Source: Escherichia coli (GTDB lineage: Bacteria; Pseudomonadota; Gammaproteobacteria; Enterobacterales; Enterobacteriaceae). Taken from it: a stretch of 847 nt of DNA. The notes beneath the pieces were generated by a model. That model ran no database searches, was not told the origin of the DNA, and was given only the letters and a program-made list of their open reading frames with translations. Shown here piece after piece: positions 1 through 847 of this stretch (the stretch's first letter is position 1; each line of letters starts with the position of its first letter). The translations under genes were made by a program, and so were the position numbers. The DNA lies in assembly GCF_003334335.1 (NCBI RefSeq), contig NZ_QOWQ01000146.1; one strand, 5' to 3'.

Positions 1-17
1 CAATGGGCAAGGTGGGC

Positions 18-46
18 TTGCATTTGCTTAATAGAAAGGCGTTAAT
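18..46 (+). promoter_or_regulatory. Candidate sigma70 promoter for agaR (weak match)
   Basis: TTGCAT at 18-23 (3/6 to TTGACA), a 17-bp spacer, then GTTAAT at 41-46 (4/6 to TATAAT). This would put the transcription start near 53-56, inside the CGAAA repeat block, which is the geometry expected for autorepression. The hexamers are weak and other registers are possible. Confidence 0.25.
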
Positions 47-49
47 AGG

Positions 50-80
50 CAAAACGAAATGAAACGAAAGTTTTACGAAA
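50..80. promoter_or_regulatory. Putative AgaR operator (autoregulatory): phased CGAAA direct repeats in the agaR leader
   Basis: Directly visible: ACGAAA at 54-59, 64-69 and 75-80, plus TGAAA at 60-64, giving 10-11 bp centre-to-centre spacing (one helical turn). Positions 50-73 (CAAAACGAAATGAAACGAAAGTTT) fit every position of the reverse complement of the AgaR operator consensus as I recall it from the literature (WRMMTTTCRTTTYRTTTYNYTTKK). That consensus is from memory and should be verified. DeoR-family repressors typically bind direct repeats as oligomers. Confidence 0.55.
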
Positions 81-83
81 GGA
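79..83 (+). promoter_or_regulatory. Shine-Dalgarno / ribosome-binding site for agaR
   Basis: AAGGA at 79-83, followed by a 6-nt spacer (84-89, CTTACT) before the ATG at 90. The spacing and purine-rich core are typical of an enterobacterial ribosome-binding site. Confidence 0.6.
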
Positions 84-89
84 CTTACT

Positions 90-847
90 ATGAGTAATAC
101 CGACGCTTCAGGTGAGAAGCGAGTGACTGGCACCAGCGAGCGACGAGAACAGATCATTCAGCGTCTGCGACAGCAAGGGAGTGTGCAGGTTAACGATCTG
201 TCGGCATTGTATGGCGTATCTACTGTGACGATCCGCAACGATCTGGCGTTTCTGGAAAAGCAGGGGATCGCTGTGCGTGCCTATGGTGGCGCGTTGATCT
301 GCGATAGCACGACGCCGTCAGTCGAGCCATCAGTGGAAGATAAAAGCGCACTGAACACCGCGATGAAACGCAGCGTTGCGAAAGCTGCCGTTGAGTTGAT
401 TCAGCCAGGTCATCGGGTTATCCTCGATTCCGGGACCACCACTTTTGAGATTGCTCGTCTGATGCGCAAGCACACTGACGTAATTGCGATGACCAACGGT
501 ATGAACGTGGCTAATGCGTTGCTGGAAGCGGAAGGCGTTGAGCTGCTGATGACCGGCGGGCATTTGCGCCGTCAGTCGCAATCTTTTTACGGCGATCAGG
601 CTGAGCAATCGCTGCAAAATTACCACTTCGATATGCTGTTTCTTGGTGTAGATGCGATCGATCTGGAGCGCGGCGTCAGCACACATAATGAAGATGAAGC
701 TCGTTTAAACCGTCGGATGTGCGAAGTTGCGGAACGGATCATCGTGGTCACCGATTCCAGTAAGTTCAATCGTTCCAGTTTACATAAGATCATTGATACT
801 CAACGTATCGACATGATCATTGTTGATGAAGGCATTCCTGCGGATAG
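90..847 (+). CDS. agaR: DeoR-family transcriptional repressor AgaR (aga operon repressor); 3'-partial, with no stop codon inside the window
   Basis: ATG at 90-92 opens a reading frame with no stop through 847 (252 complete codons plus 2 bases). Translation begins [67 protein letters not shown]... and ends ...[13 protein letters not shown]. The N-terminal ~55 residues (about nt 141-300) have the DeoR-type helix-turn-helix pattern; the rest (about nt 340-847) looks like a DeoR C-terminal sugar-phosphate sensor domain. Recognition as AgaR is from memory, not a database search. As I recall, full-length AgaR is about 269 aa, so roughly 17 C-terminal residues lie beyond the window. A Shine-Dalgarno sequence sits at the correct spacing upstream. 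Confidence 0.9.

Noticed and set aside
3-62. Short + strand ORF (ATG at 3 to TGA at 60-62, 19 codons: MGKVGLHLLNRKALIGKTK)
   Set aside because: It is very short, has no visible ribosome-binding site (the window begins at 1), and overlaps the putative promoter and operator. It is most likely a chance ORF in regulatory DNA and cannot be supported as a leader peptide from sequence alone.
50-80. Reading the CGAAA repeats as a CRISPR fragment or a mobile-element terminal repeat
   Set aside because: The repeat units are only 5-6 bp with about 10 bp phasing, with no spacer-repeat architecture or inverted termini. The pattern fits a transcription-factor operator, not a CRISPR array or insertion-sequence end.
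363-365. Internal in-frame ATG codons (e.g. Met at 363) as alternative starts
   Set aside because: The ATG at 90 has a well-spaced Shine-Dalgarno sequence, and the upstream residues form the helix-turn-helix domain essential to a DeoR regulator. Internal methionines would remove the DNA-binding domain.
653-665. Tandem GATC motifs (GCGATCGATCTGG) that could be read as a Dam-methylation cluster or a palindromic site
   Set aside because: It is inside the coding sequence and encodes ordinary residues (D-A-I-D-L). GATC is frequent in E. coli, and nothing suggests a regulatory role.
330-686. 118-aa ORF on the - strand from the supplied six-frame track
   Set aside because: It lies wholly inside, and antisense to, a strongly supported DeoR-family CDS. 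I see no ribosome-binding site and the translation has no recognisable domain features. It is best explained as a chance open frame opposite a real gene.

Overview
The window holds one real gene: the 5' end and most of a DeoR-family transcriptional repressor on the + strand (ATG at 90, running off the 3' edge at 847), which I recognise as E. coli-type AgaR, the repressor of the N-acetylgalactosamine/galactosamine (aga) catabolic cluster. The 89 bp upstream carries a Shine-Dalgarno sequence, a weak candidate sigma70 promoter, and helically phased CGAAA direct repeats that fit the AgaR operator as I recall it, implying autoregulation. The only ORF on the supplied track (330..686, - strand) is an antisense shadow of this gene, not a gene. 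I see no RNA genes, CRISPR, mobile elements or evidence of a novel system; this is an ordinary, well-characterised regulatory locus.
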